From Narcine bancroftii (Eukaryota): a stretch of 64,000 nucleotides of DNA. The stretch is from NCBI RefSeq assembly GCF_036971445.1, contig NC_091472.1:175646001-175710000 (forward strand), read 5' to 3'. The translations under genes were made by a program, and so were the position numbers. This document shows positions 10,499-24,495 of this stretch, one piece after another; the stretch's first letter is position 1; every line of letters begins with the position of its first letter. A model generated the notes under the pieces. The model did no database searches. It worked only from the letters and a program-made list of their open reading frames with translations, and was not told the DNA's origin.

Positions 10499-13400
10499 TT
10501 AGTCATACCATCCTCACATAAAGTCATCCAATCATCTTGAGAAATAGATATGGACAAGTCTTTTTCCCATTTAAATTTAGATTTATAAACATCTGGCTTA
10601 AACATTTTATTCTTCGATAAAACATACATCTCAGATATAAATCCTTTCTTACCACCATCGATAAGTAGAATTAAAAATTTAGACTGCCTAGGTAGCTGTA
10701 ACTTACGCCCAAAATTATCCAACAATAAAGCTCTAACTTGATCATTAACAAATGAAGTATTCAAAGAAATTTCATATTTCTCTTTCATTCTTTGAAACAA
10801 AATAAAATATCCTGCTTCATAACAATCTTCTACCAATTTAATTCCTTTCTGTACCCACAACTTCAAAAGTATAAAAGAAAAAAAGCTTATTTTGAAACAA
10901 AGGAGTTTTAGCCTCAATTTTATCTTGAGTACCTATAATTTCATTCTTTTCAGTCCATAATTCCATTAAATATTTAAATAAAGGCAAATTATAATTATGT
11001 AATAACTGAGAAATCCATCTGTAAATAAACTGATCCATCCTCTTCTCGCCAATCTGAGATCATTCAATATCAGTCCATATCAAAGGTTTATCCACTTCAA
11101 ACATCCTATTTAATAAATTCCAGCTGTGCTGATTCATAATAATTCTGAAAATTAGGAAGTTGCAACTCTCCTAATGCATGCTTCCAAGTTAATTTCTGTA
11201 GTGACCCCTTACATTTTATCTTTCCACAAAAACATTCTCATTAAAGCATTCAGATCTTAGAAAAATTTTTGAGGAATCTTGCAAGGGATAGATTGAAAAA
11301 GATATTGAATCCGGGGAAAGATATTCATTTTGACACAATTAACACGTCCTATTAATGTTATAGGTAAATCTTTCCACCGATTTAAATCATATTTACTTTT
11401 AGACAATGAAGGAGAGTAATTCATCTCATATAAATGATTATAATTACTATCTATTATGATACCTAAATATTTAATCAGGTCAAACCACTTAAATTTCACA
11501 ATATGTCTACAAAGCAAATAATCCATTTCAGCTAAGGGCATGATTTCACTCTTTTCCCAATTAATATTATATCCCGACAATTCGCCATACTGCTCCATTC
11601 TATCATGCAGATTCCCCAAAGATAACAAATGTTGTGTTAAATATATCAAAACATCATCTGCAAACCTTAGTACCCTTAATATTACTATCTTGTCTAATTA
11701 TCTGAGCCAAGGATTCAATAACCATTGCAAATCGAGCTAGTGACAAAGGACAGCCTTGTCTGGTTGATCTAGATAACATAAAAGGTGAAGAGACCTGTCC
11801 ATTTGTCACAACTCTAGCAGTAGGATTTTTATACAAAGCCTTAATCCAACCAATAAAAAGAGGCCCAAAATTAAACTTCTCCCAAACTTTAAACAAAAGG
11901 CTCCATTCCACTCTATCAAAGGCTTTTTCTGCATCAAGAGAAATTACCATTGGTTGGTCAGACTGCTCCCAAGAAACATTAATTACAGAAATCAATTTTA
12001 CAATATAATCTGCTGAATGTTGATTTTTAATAAAACCCACCTGATCTACATGAATCAAATCTGGTAAGTATTTAACTAATCTATTAGCCAAAACCTTGGC
12101 AATAATTTTATTATCTACATTCGACAAAGAAATAGGTCTATAAGATCCTGATTTTAGTGGGTCTCTATCCTTCTTAAGAATAACTAATAATTGCTTTAGA
12201 AAAAGAATCTGGGAAAGAGCCAGTCTCCATCACTTGTTTCAATCAACAAAGGAATTAATAAGTCCTGAAATTCTTTATAAAATTCAGAAGTAAAACCATC
12301 ATCCCCTGGAGACTTCCCACTTCCCACCAGGCATAGATTGAAGTGCTTCCATCACTTCTTTCACAGTAAAAGAGGTATCTCGATCCTTAATATTCATATC
12401 CTTCAAAGAAGGATAAAACATTGGCAAAAATTATCAATTTTAGAGTCATCTTCCAATACTTCAGAGGTATACAATTTCTCATAAAATGTACAAAACTCAT
12501 CATGAATTTCCTGAGGTTTATATGTAATCATTGAATCATGTCTGATAGCATTTATTGTTCTAGAAGCTCGTTCTGTTTTTAACTGCCGTGCTAAAATTTT
12601 GTGAGCTCTCTCACTCAACTCATAATATCGCTGTTTAGTTCTCTGTAATAATTTCTCAAACTTATAAGTTTGTAATGAGTTATATCATAATTTCAAATTA
12701 ACTAAGCGTGCTTTCTTAAATTCCATAGAATTTAGTTGTAAATCCTTTTCCAAAATCTCTATCTCCTTCTCCAATTTACTTATCTCAGCCATATGTTGTT
12801 TCTTAATTTTAGCAGTATAACTAATAATTTGTCCCCGCAAATAAGCTTTCAAAGCATCTCATAAAACAAATTTACTATCAACTGAACCTAGATATATTTT
12901 CAAAAATAATGGTATTTGAACCCTTATAAATTTAGTAAATTCTGGATTTCTCAACGATAAATAATTAAATCTCCAATGATAAACATTCTCTACTCTCTCT
13001 GAACCAGTACACGTAATTAATGTGTGATCAGATAAAATCTTAGTCTTATATTCATCTTTAAAAACTCATCCTTGTAATTGTGCTAATACTAAAAATAAAT
13101 CTATTCTAGAATAAGAATCATGTCGAGCTGAATAAAATTAAAAATCTTTCTCCTAAGGATTTAATTTTCTCGATATATCTACCAAATTCATATCTTTCAT
13201 TAACACCATTAACTGTTTAGCCATCTTAGTTCTAATTATTGATTTTGGTGATTTATGTAATAATGGATCTAAACAACAATTAAAATAACCCCCTACCATA
13301 ATTTTATAATATGCCTGACTTAAGTTAAGAAAAGAATCCACCATAATTTGCTCTTCATCTATGTTAAAGGCATCAACATTCATTAAAGTCCAAGATTCAG

Positions 13401-16400
13401 AAAAACATTTACAATTAACAATCAAAAGCCTACCAGCTGCCTCAAAAACTAAACCCAAATTAAAAGATAACTTCTTATTGATCAAAATAGTGATTTTTTT
13501 TTGCTTTGGAATTAAAAGAAGATGCTATAACTTGTCCAACCCAATCACTTTTTAATTTCTGATGTTCCTTTTCAGTCAGATATGCCTCTTGTAAAAAAGC
13601 TACATCAACCTTCAACTTTTTAATATAAGCCAATGCTCTTTCTCTTAATCAGATTATTAAGCCCATTAACATTAAAAGTAGCAAGATTTAAATTAGCCAT
13701 AAATCATCTCTATAAATACCCCATCATAAATGGCGAAGCACCTCCCCATGGCTCCAACACAAACAAGACTAAAGATCTCCTCAGAGAAAAGAAAGAGAGA
13801 AACAAAAAAAAAACCATACCCCCCAAAAAGAATACTATAATAGTATAATAGTATTACCCCCTCAATTATATGGGAGTGACCAATGCCACAAAGTGGCCGA
13901 CAACTTCGGAAGGATTGGTAGTCGAACCACCTCCCTGAAACAGAACAATCAAGAATAAAACATAAAAATCATTTCAAGTACGTTATGCTTCTTCCAGATC
14001 TCGGTTAACCTGATCGTAATCAATTCCAATATCAATCAGCTGTTGAGTTTCCATCTCTCACTTCCCAGTCTTCCCTTTTAGAAACAAAACAAGCTGTTGA
14101 GAAAACCTTTCTTGATCTTGCCCCTGTTTATTATCAGGTAAAGAATTAGCAAATGTAAGGGCTTCAACATCATCATTAAAAAAACTGAGATTGATAATCT
14201 CCATAAAAAACTTATTTCCCTTCTTCCATAAAACTGCCTGAGCTGAATTAAATTATTTACGATGTTTAATTACATCTTGACTCAAATCAGCATAGAAAAA
14301 TACTCTATTATTCTTAACAAGTAAAGGACCCTGATTACTTCTTGCATTCTGTACAGCAAGTCTTAGAATCAATTCTCTGCCCTGATAACGCAAGCATCGA
14401 ATCAGAATAGAACATGGAGCTTGACCAGGGAGCAGCTTCCTTCTTATTGCTTGATGAGCTCTATCTAATTCCAGACCATTTGGGAAATAGGCTGTTCCCA
14501 AGATCTTGGGAATCCACTTCTGAGAAAACTGAACTGGGTCAGGACCTTCAAAATCTTCCAGAAGACTGACAATATTTCTACAACTCTGATTCCTCAAAGC
14601 ATCAATCTTCTTTAACAAATCACTTTTCTGATTCTCCCAACCAATGAACGAATCCTCCATCTGTCCCATCTTTTCTTTACATTGGTCCACATCATCTTTA
14701 CAATCAATAAATGCTTCCTCAATCTTCTTAAATTTATCCTGGACCATATCTACTGCTTGCAAACACTTTACCACATCCATTTTAATAGAAGATATTCTCC
14801 CTTCATTTCAGCAAACTGTCCCTTCATAGCTAAAAATCCTTGACTCATTTGTACAGCCAGATATTCCATTTGTTTAGATAAATCAAGAGATGAAGTTGGA
14901 TCTGAATGGTGAGGATCAGACTTAAACTTAAGGCTCTGCCTCACCACAGGCCTACCCTTAAATATAACTGTGTCCTCCTCTTCCATTGCTCCTCCTCCTC
15001 CTCTTCCAATCCAGTGATGTCCTCATCCTCCTCCATCAATACGGACTACGACGACAGGCGCGGACCCCTCCCCCTGTCAGTCCAGGATTGCTGAATCGAG
15101 GAAGGTCTGGTCCCCCCTCAGCCTGGACCATTTCAGATATAACAAATATGCGCGAAATTTCATGCATGCGCAGTTGCTCTTCTTGGTCAGACGGAGATTG
15201 ATGTCAGGCGCTGGTGCCATCTTGCGTAGCAGTATGCAAGGACGGCGCTGGTGTAGTGTAGACCTTACCAGTGGACTGGTGTTGAGGTTGGGGATGAGAG
15301 GAAATCGACTCTGGAGGCTCCGTTTGCAAGGTAGGCCAAGATTCTTCAGTAATTATTAACTGTTTAGTAGCTCTTTTCTTTATTGGCTGAGCTTTAGTTT
15401 TCCTCATAGCTGCTTGTAGAGTACTTTAACAATGCAATTAACAGTTTTTTAAAAAAATTTAAACTTTTAGAAGGGTTTTAAATAGTTCTGCCAAGGGTGG
15501 GTGTCTTCCCACATCTTCTCCATATGCCATCGTGCCATGTCCCCTGTATGCCATCTCTTCATTCTTAAATCTATGTCTGATTTCCAAGTAATAGCTGTAC
15601 ACTTCCAAGAAACTGCTAAAGCAATTTGTACAAATACAATTTGATACATAGTTAATTTAGATTTAGGTCTTCTAGCCCTAATATTACCCAACAAAAAGGA
15701 TCCTGTGGAAACTTAACTCCCATTATTCATTCCAAATAATTTCCACTTCCAACCAAAAATGATCAACTTTAGGACACTCCCACATAGAATTCTAGATATG
15801 ATCAACCTCCTGACCACATCTAAAACATAAATCTGATAATGGAAGGTTCAATTTTTAAAAACTTTTTGAGGAGTTAAGTGTAACTGATGCAAAAAATTGT
15901 ATTGAACCAACCTATATCTAACTTTTGTCACCTTATCTCTACATATATGCATCCAATCCTTCTCATCTATTTGTCTATTTAAATCTGCTTCCCATCTTAA
16001 TCACGACTTCCGTACCCTTATTTTAAGGGCTTTCTTTTGAAATAAATTATACCTTACAGAGATAAATTTATTCACGTTACCATTATGAATCAATAATTCC
16101 AATTCACTCTGGATAGGTAACGTCAAACTAGGACCTTACGTATTAGCAAAAAAAAAAGCCTTAATTTGATAATAACAGAAAAAAGTATTATTTGACACAT
16201 TAAATTTATTCTTCATTCATTCAAAGGTGATAAAGCTTCCAGGATCAAAACAATCTTCTTTTCTCTCAACACCCAACTGCATCCAAATCCTCAGAAATTG
16301 ATTATCCATAGAATAAGTCTATTTTGACATAAAGGCCTTTTTCGTGAAATTAAACTTTTCGCACCTATTTCATAATCAATCTTATTCCATAGTTCAATTA

Positions 16401-17052
16401 ATACATCATTCAATTAAATGCTTCAAAGCAGGTGCATCTCTACTTCCCACCAATGGCAGAGTATTCTTAAGAGACAAATAGCCTCTATCTACTATTACTA
16501 CCTTTTGCTTCTCTTGTGTGTACATGACCTAGTTATTCATAGATCTGAGTGGAGGACCTTTTAATCCTGCTCTTGTCTGCCATCTAGACATTTTGGCCTG
16601 AAGGGTGGATGATGCGTAGATTGAATGGTAAATTCTGTGTTGTGCTCAACAGGCTCTCACCACCAACGGGCCTGAATGTAGAATAGTTGAGCTCACTGTG
16701 GAAGGATGATCATGAAGAATCAGGTGCTAGAGGGCCCACAGAATTGTCCTATTGGAGGCTGTGGCTTCTGCAGATTGTTTGGAAGAAGTGCTTGTTCATT
16801 GTTTCATTTGAGGTGGCTAACTGCAGTTTAGCTTAAATAAATGGAGATGGGAAGAATTATACCAGTTCAAAATTCCATGAAGTACATGGAAACCTCATTG
16901 GCATTCTGATTAGAGAATGATGTCACCCATACCAGCTCAAGCAGTCAATCAGACATTTATTTTCATTCAATGCCAATGAACACAATTATAAGAATGATTC
17001 TTGTAAGTGTGTATTTAAATGTTTTACTGCCTTGTCAATGTTGTAAATCTAA

Positions 17053-17525
17053 CCATATAATCATATAACCACTTACAGCACAGAACAGGCCAGTTCGGCC
17101 CTACTAGTCCATGCCGTAACAAATCCCCACCCTCCTAGTCCCACTGACCAGCACCCGGTCCATACCCCTCCAGTCCTCTCCTATCAATGTAACTTACCTG
17201 TCTTTCCTTAAATGTAACCAATGATCCCGCCTCGACCACGTCTGTCGGAAGCTCATTCCACATCCCTACCACCCTTTGCGTAAAGAAATTTCCCCTCATG
17301 TTCCCCTTATAATTTTCCCCCTTCAATCTTAAACCATGCCCTCTAGTTTGAATCTCCCCCACTCTTAACTGAAAAAGCCTATCCACGTTGACTCTGTCTG
17401 TCCCTTTTAAAATCTTAAACACCTCTATCAAGTCCCCTCTCAATCTTCTACGCTCCAGAGAAAAAAGCCCCAGTTTGCACAACCTTTCCCTGTAACTCAA
17501 ACCTTGAAATCCTGTCAACATTCTC
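17053..17525 (-). mobile_element. CR1 3' end (young)
   Basis: ORF 17135-17521 LGLFSLERRRLRGDLIEVFK...NFFTQRVVGMWNELP; short (catataa) tail repeats. Confidence 0.92.
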
Positions 17526-18313
17526 AGAACCTTCTCTGGGGTTGAACCAAACTGCTTGCCTCTGCTTTGATCTTCAACATCTGAGAAAACAGTCCTTGGA
17601 CAATGAAATACAAAATTATTTTATCTGTTTTATTGATCAAGCACAAAGAAAAGGACATAAAGCAGAATAGAATGTAGTACTGAACACGTGAAATGAATGA
17701 ATACAGAAGGTAACAGACCAATTGAACTCTGTGAATAGTTATTCTGACCGAGGGTGGTCACAATAATTATAACTGCAATCCTGCATGGAAAGTTAAGACT
17801 TTCTCTTGAATAATTTCTCAGGAAATTAGTGAACTTGAACAATGGCCGAGATCTACTAGTATTTCAAGTTTAAGAAAACATAATACAGGAAGTTTGTGTA
17901 AAATGCATATGGTTGCTCTGCCTAGATCACACTTGGAAACCATACAGCCTCTGGACAGTCAGTAGCGTCCATCCAATTGGAGTCAGGCCGATATCTACCT
18001 ATTCTAATTTATCATCTGCAGAACTTCCAGGAAGTGTTTTAGTGACATTAACTGTGAAAAAGAAGTAATCGCTTTAGTCAGTGTGTGTGCAGCAATAGAA
18101 GTGATTAGTTCTTTAATTCAGATGATATTTGCCACATACCAATAATTCCATCTGGTGGTTTTCAGACACCATGTGGTGTGGAAAGTTGGTTTCACGAATC
18201 AGTCTGACTCAAAACTGACCTACCCTTTTGCTTGATTATTCTGCTGTGAGTAACTAGAACATTCTGTTTCAAATGCTTAAGTTCTTTCCCAGTTACAACT
18301 ATATAAGGATACC

Positions 18314-18914
18314 TTACTGCAGCTGTACAGGGCCTTGGTGAGACCCCACCTGGAGTATTGTGTGCAGTTTTGGTCACCTTATCTAAGGAAGGATCTTCTT
18401 GCAATGGAGGGAGTGCAGAGGCGATTCACCAGGCTGATCCCTGGAATGGCAGGAATGACTTATGAGGAAAGATTGTGCAAATTGGGATTGTACTCCCTGG
18501 AGTTTAGAAGATTGAGAGGGGATCTCATAGAGACATATAAAATTCTGGCAGGACTGGACAGAATGAATGCAGATGGGATGTTTCCAATGATGGGAAAATC
18601 CAGAACCCGGAGCCATGGTTTGAGGATAATAGGCAAACCATTTAGGACCGAGATGAGGAGGAATTTCTTTACCCAGAGGGTGGTGAATCTGTGGAATTCA
18701 TTGCCACAGAGGGCAGTAGAGGCAGGTTCATTAAATCTATTTAAGAGTGAATTAGATCTATTTCTTCAGTATAAGGGTATTAAAGGTTACGGAGAGAAGG
18801 CGGGGACGGGGTACTGAACTTTAAGATCAGCCATGATCTCGTTGAATGGCGGAACAGGCTCGAAGGGCCGAATGACCTACTCCTGCTCCTATCTTCTATG
18901 TTTCTATGTTTCTA
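18314..18914 (+). mobile_element. CR1 3' end (young)
   Basis: ORF 18335-18817 VRPHLEYCVQFWSP...RRNFFTQRVVNLWNSLP; (ttctatgt)n tail. Confidence 0.95.
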
Positions 18915-19108
18915 TTATTTTCTAAATTGGTAAGTCATTTTCACCCTTTGCCAGCAACTCAGCTTGTGCCTCGTATATTTCCCAATGCAAGTTATGAATG
19001 CATGCCTCAATGTTTTTGCACGTGTGCAGCACTTTATCCATTTTGGCCTTTATCTTAACTTACACCATCTGCTCTGGCTTTGCCTGGACTTCTTGCATAT
19101 GATGAAGC

Positions 19109-19339
19109 TGTGATAGTACAGATTCTATCACCAATGTGTATATGTACAGATGGTAGTGTAGGATGACTGTGATTGGCTGAGAGCATAGCCACACCTACTG
19201 GCAGGTCTTAAAGGATTGCTCCTCGCCAGACCAGGTCATTCTGGACTGGTCGACCTACTTGTGATATGCTCCAGTCTATTAGTTAATAAAAGCCTTGGTT
19301 TGGATCAACAAGTCTTTGGTTCTTTCGACGTGCTCTTCA
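19109..19339 (+). mobile_element. Solo LTR, 231 bp, related to the LTR at 58430-58669
   Basis: TG...CA ends, AATAAA near 19285, 5-bp TSD gaagc at 19104-19108 and 19340-19344; shares gatagtacag...tatcaccaatg and aataaaagccttgg...caacaagtctttg with the 58430 copy. Confidence 0.9.
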
Positions 19340-21934
19340 GAAGCATAGTGCAATATTCATCACAAGATGATATGTTTAAAATCCCTGTCTTCACATCAAG
19401 TACTACTGACATCAGCCATTTATCATATTTGTTATTTCAAAGCATTTGCTTTGCAGAAGATAGGATTCTGAATGCGTGGGACTTGCATTAATAGAGGTCA
19501 TTACATCAAAATGAGCTCCATTACCAAAACAGTTAATTCCAGTCACCCAGTTTCAATTATGGCTTTGCTTTAGGCACCCAGCTCTTTCACAGAAGTCGAT
19601 CAATGATGTGTCCCATCTACAGCCTCCCATGAAGCCAATGGATGCTGTTCCCACAATGGCAAAGGAGCATTTTGCTGTAGCTGGAAGCAATTGCCCTCAA
19701 GTTAAATCAAGCACAAATCAGGTGGGAGCATAGACAAACTGCTCAGTGAAACACGAACTTATGGCATCAGCAAAAAAGCGAAGCAAGGCCAAATTAAGGA
19801 GTGTAATTCATCAAGGATGACACCTCTGTTTCACGATTCAATCTGAACACCTGAAAGACTTACTTTCTTATTATCTTTCCCAGCTTTTCCCCGTATAATT
19901 ACCAAATTTATAAAAGTAGGTCACACTTGTCTGATCCTGGAGTGACAACTTGTAAGCCTGAATTATTTCTTTGCTTTTGCAGTGATCATGTTTCATCATC
20001 TGAGAGTCATGTTGTGAGCTGCTGCAGTCCATGTGGTGAAGAGGCCTGAAGAGGTGTGAGGTAAAGAAGCCAAGATTTTTCTACCTCCTGAAGGAACTAT
20101 GAGATACAGGGTTGCATGTATGGTGATATTTCTATTTCTAAACTAGACAGGGACAAATGGAGGCCAGATCCTTAGATCTTCTATGGTTCTTTTGGTGATT
20201 ATATCTGCAGTCGCTGTTGTAAATGGTGATGCAGTGGCATTAGAAGATCTTTGTTAGAAGAACATGGGCCTCAGACACATAGAAATATTATCATGCACAG
20301 TTCTACCTTGATACTGGTGCAATGTCTGGACTTCCCTAGGTATCCAGGGAAGATCTAACATCTATTGCTGATGTCAACCAGACCCAAAGACACCTGCAAC
20401 TGCCCCATGTGTTGCTCTGGTGGACTCCAGGTTAAGCTTGACGTAAGTCCCCATTCTCAACCATGAATGAGTTTAGGTGCTCAGGATCAGATATGGAGTA
20501 TTTGTTGATAAAAGTTTCAGACCCGCGCAGGGGCAGCTCCAACGTGTGGGACATTGCAGCATTGGATGGAGCCAGATGCAAAAGAAACAAAAAAAAAAGA
20601 AACAATAGAAAAAGAAGAAAAAAGTTTCAGTGTTTATCAATAAACAAATATATCAATGTATTTTTTTAACTGTTTGAATGTAACATATTTAAACAATATT
20701 TGAGTTTCCTATGTGTAACTTCATGTACATGTCAAAAGCATTCAGGAGGAGGAACTCCTTATGGAAGGTCTCGGGCTGCTGCAGAACCATGCTATGAAGT
20801 TTTGGCCATGGAGGTACATGATAAAGATTTAACCCAGTAATGATGAAGAAGCGGCAATGTACATCTGAGTGCATGATTCTTCCATGCGTCTGAGCCCATG
20901 TCCTTCCAAAATAGACAGAGGAGATCTTCCGCCCTAACACTAGTGTATCATTATGTTCATCACTGGCTGCAGTTACAATCAGCTAGAGGCACTGTGAAGA
21001 AATTCTGATGATCTAAGTCATTCCTGAGTTCCACACCCTCACAAGACTCTGCTCCATGATTTTATGGAATGGATTTCACAACATTGACATCCAAATTTCA
21101 GAACATATTCTTGGAACGCAACCCCTTCGGGGATGGCCTGTACATAGTTGCTTATTGTACCTCACCTTTCCTCACTGAATGAGGGGTTTGCACAGATCTT
21201 TTGGTTATTAGCTCTGCTGCCTCTGCTGTTCAGCATGGTGTAATCTTAACCGGGGTTCCCATCTCACTGTTGGTTATGCCTGACGTTGCTCCCTGCAGAT
21301 TGTTCAACACTCCTTACTGATCAAAGATGATTTCTTTTTCATGGCAATAATAAATGGAAGCCCTTGCCATTTCATGAGATTATAGACTGGGTGGCATAGT
21401 GCTACTAGATAGTGCACAGCAACTCATACATGGCCAGTTTTGATCATAACTCAATTAACCCCTTTAAGTCCAGTGTTGATGCCCTGTCATGTGATAAGCA
21501 ATGGCAACTAAACAAAGAATACATCGATTTGCAGCTCAAGAAGATTAAAATAAAATTCAGTAGAGCAGTACCATTGTAGCTAAGTGGAAAAATTGATGTT
21601 CCTTTTATTCATTCTCTTCCATGTCAGCTGCAATAAATGCAATATTAGTTGCAGGACTATATGTTTGCTTTAATATTGTGAAAGGCTCCTTAAAATTGCC
21701 TGGCTGCTTTCTGTGTACAAGATTTTAAAACACTACACATTATGTTCATTATTTGCAAACAAAATAAGCTGAACAGCAACATATAAAAATAATGGCTCAA
21801 ATTTTTGCAATACATAAAAATCAACTGAATTGCCCAGCAGCAATCGATTCAGTCTAACTTTTCTCCAGATATTTTCACACGCTCAATATAAATCCACCCT
21901 TATAGCTAAATCTGCACGCAAGAAGTAGGCATCA

Positions 21935-22030
21935 AATGGATGCAGGTCAGTGGGACAAGGGGAATGATGTTTTGGCACAGACTAGAAGGGCTGAATGGCC
22001 GTTTCTCTGTGCTGTTGTTTTCTATAGTTG
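21935..22030 (+). mobile_element. Short CR1 3' UTR fragment
   Basis: gcaggtcagtgggac...gaagggctgaatggcc...ctgtgctgt matches the CR1 3' UTR at 17080-17160. Confidence 0.55.
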
Positions 22031-22450
22031 TAAATAATGTTTTGGATTCAGTCTTATTTCAAAAATGGCTTTTAAATTTTATAAGAAAAAATTGGAGATG
22101 AATGCCCTGAGTTGGTATCTGTCCCTCATAGCCTACATGCACGTAGCTCTGGTCCCCAGGTCAAGTTTGGAGCAGACTTCAGTCGGGATTTTACCTGAAG
22201 GCCATTGGAGTTAGGTGACTCAGATTGGAACAGCTCCGGTCATCAGGAAGATGATTGGGCAGTAGAGATCAAGTGATTTTGTATTTTTTTTCCATGAACT
22301 TGTGACACTTAATTCATTTCAACTCAACAGTCTGGAGATGGAACTATTGACTGGAGTTCAACATTGTACACGTGACAGTGAGTAGGAAATTCTCAACTAA
22401 CTAGTTTTTTTTTGTACAAGCATAAAGAGAAGTGTGCTTTGAAGATGATC

Positions 22451-22620
22451 CAGTGGCACAACAGTTAGCTCACAGTGCCAGGAAGCTGGGTTTAAACTCA
22501 GTCTTGGGTGCTGCCTATGTGGAGTTTGTACACTTCTCTTTCACTCTGTGAATTTTTGTGGGGTGTTCCTTCATTCCCAAATGCAAATACATGCTGTTAA
22601 CTGTAAATTAGCCTTTATTG
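22451..22620 (+). mobile_element. tRNA-derived SINE (V-SINE/HE1-like)
   Basis: Head ctcacagtgccagg...gggtttaaa followed by V-domain-like tgtggagtttgtacacttctc. Confidence 0.65.
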
Positions 22621-23623
22621 GATGAAAGGGACAGAAGAATCAAAAGGATAATGGTGGGAAGCTGAGAAAAAAATTAGCTGCAGCAAAATAAAGGAGGGGA
22701 GGCTGGGGCAGTTGAGAACAGCCATAGACAATGCGCTAAGCGGTTTCTTTTGGGATGGCATTACAGTGGTCCAAACTGCTTCACAAAGAGTGAAACATTT
22801 CATTTGTGGTGTAGTCACTATTGTGGCTTAGTTTTAGTTTTGAGATGCACCACGGTAATGGGCCCTTCTAGCCCGTGCTGGCCAATTATACCCATATAAC
22901 TCAAGGAAGAAGTACAGCAGCGATTTTTGTAGCAAGGTCCCGCAGCTAGTGGTGTTGGTGTGGAAGTAAATGATTGGTCAGGCCACTTGCAAGAAATCTT
23001 CTTCACAATCAAGATGGACGTTTACCTAAAAGGGCAGGTGTGAAGGTCTTCATTTTAGATTTCGGCTATAAAACAGCATATCCCCTGGTGTTGTACCTAC
23101 ATTTTACAATGTGATTGAAGGGAGGAAAATGGAGACCTCAATAGATGCTTTGATCCGATCAGGTTGGATATGGAATTGCAATGTTTCGTACTCCATCATG
23201 GACACCATATCCCTCATTTTATAACCCAATATAGAAAACTGCTTTAAAAAAAACCTTTTTTTAAAACAAACTAATACAGTAGAGAGATAGCTAAAGAAGG
23301 CAAGCAATGGAACAGCTTGAGACAGAGCTTTTAGCATGGGGTGGATTTTGCTCATTCATTTGTCCCATCTGTGCAACATTTATTGAGCAATGCCAGAAGT
23401 TCATATAGTAACAGTTCAGCAGCAAGACCATTGGATTGAATTGCTTGTTTTTGTTTTCAGAATCGATTGCATTTTTTAAAATTCCTTGCTCTAAACTTAG
23501 CCAGAGGCTGGAGGGTTAACTTGCCAATGTATTGTTCAGCAGAGCCTTTGATTCCGCCCACTGAGCCCTCATTTCCCTCCATCATCCATTACTGAAGAGA
23601 GAACACTGTTTTATGGAGTCTTC

Positions 23624-23859
23624 GGCGGGCAGCAACCTCCTTTGAAGAAGACCGCAGAGCCCACCTCACTGACAAAAGGCAAAGGAGGAAAAACCCAACA
23701 CCCAACCCCAAACAACCAATTTTCCCCTGCAACCGCTGCAACCATGTCTGCCTGTCCCGCATCGGACTTGTCAGCCACAAACGAGCCTGCAGCTGACGTG
23801 GACATTTACCCCCTCCATAAATCTTCGTCCGCGAAGCCAAGCCAAAGAGAAGAAGAAGA
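23624..23859 (+). mobile_element. RTE-clade LINE 3' fragment
   Basis: Near-identical to 49015-49229; (gaa)n tail. Confidence 0.92.
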
Positions 23860-24254
23860 GAAAATAATGAAATTAAATCAAATAATCCATCCAAATAGGT
23901 TTGTGAGAAGGAGAATATTTATATTTATGTTTGGAATCCACTCCATGGATTTGAGAAGGAGAATATTGCAGGGTAGAGGCAGGTGATATTTACACAACTT
24001 GCCTTGAACTTGGATCAAGATGAACTTTAAGGTTTTGACTTGTGTGGTCAAGCTGAATAGATGTCTGCCGAGGAGCAAGGAGACAGAAAGAAGAGCGAAG
24101 CAGTTTCAATCTGTCCAGCAATGAAAAGCACTTTCTCTTGTCCTGCATATTGATGACTGACCAGGTAGACAGGCTTTCAGCATGTACAATGAGGTGTAAT
24201 GGTGAAAAGTCAATGGTGTGCACGGAAACTTGATGGGCTGCTCAGTTTACCCAT

Positions 24255-24495
24255 ATCATAAAAGTGGGAGCACTTTTGTGGGATCAAAAATAATTTATGG
24301 TGATGTAAATCAGCCTGGGACTTGTCATAAGGTGCTTTTATGGTGGGCCTCCACTTCCAGGCCAGCTCCATCCACAGATAAAAATCTGCACTTATCTTTT
24401 TATAGAGCTCCAGTGTCACTTTTATGCGGAACAGCGCCTTGGTGTGTCTGCCCTAGCCGATGTAGGTGCCGCTCTTCCACATGACAGCATAAATA
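24255..24495. promoter_or_regulatory. Candidate HOX/CDX-PBX-MEIS enhancer-like motif cluster
   Basis: Five TTTATG/CATAAA hexamers, TGATTTAC (minus, 24305-24312) and TGACAG (24482-24487) in non-repeat DNA; motif evidence only. Confidence 0.3.

Larger units (their letters stand above)
8921..15547 (-). mobile_element. Full-length decayed L1-clade LINE (ORF1 + ORF2)
   Basis: ORF1 pieces 15407-~14000 (coiled coil, ELDRAH, FFYADLS); ORF2 ATG at 13700 (MANLNLATFNVNGLN, APE endonuclease), RT motifs SLDAEKAFDRVEW, TRQGCPLS, FADD; poly(A) at 8922-8931; TSD atgccatctct at 8910-8920 and 15548-15558. Confidence 0.93.
7811..16451 (-). mobile_element. Older 5'-truncated L1 (pieces 7811-8138, 8872-8920, 15548-16451) hosting nested insertions
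   Basis: ORF2 C-terminus reads across the inserts (AITWKSD...KRWH|SELHSCIPLEEITY|NVQNKY...WKIW); 11-bp TSD aatggcagagt at 7800-7810 and 16452-16462. Confidence 0.85.

Noticed and set aside
20689-20940. 83-aa ORF in unique sequence
   Set aside because: No recognisable similarity in the frames examined.
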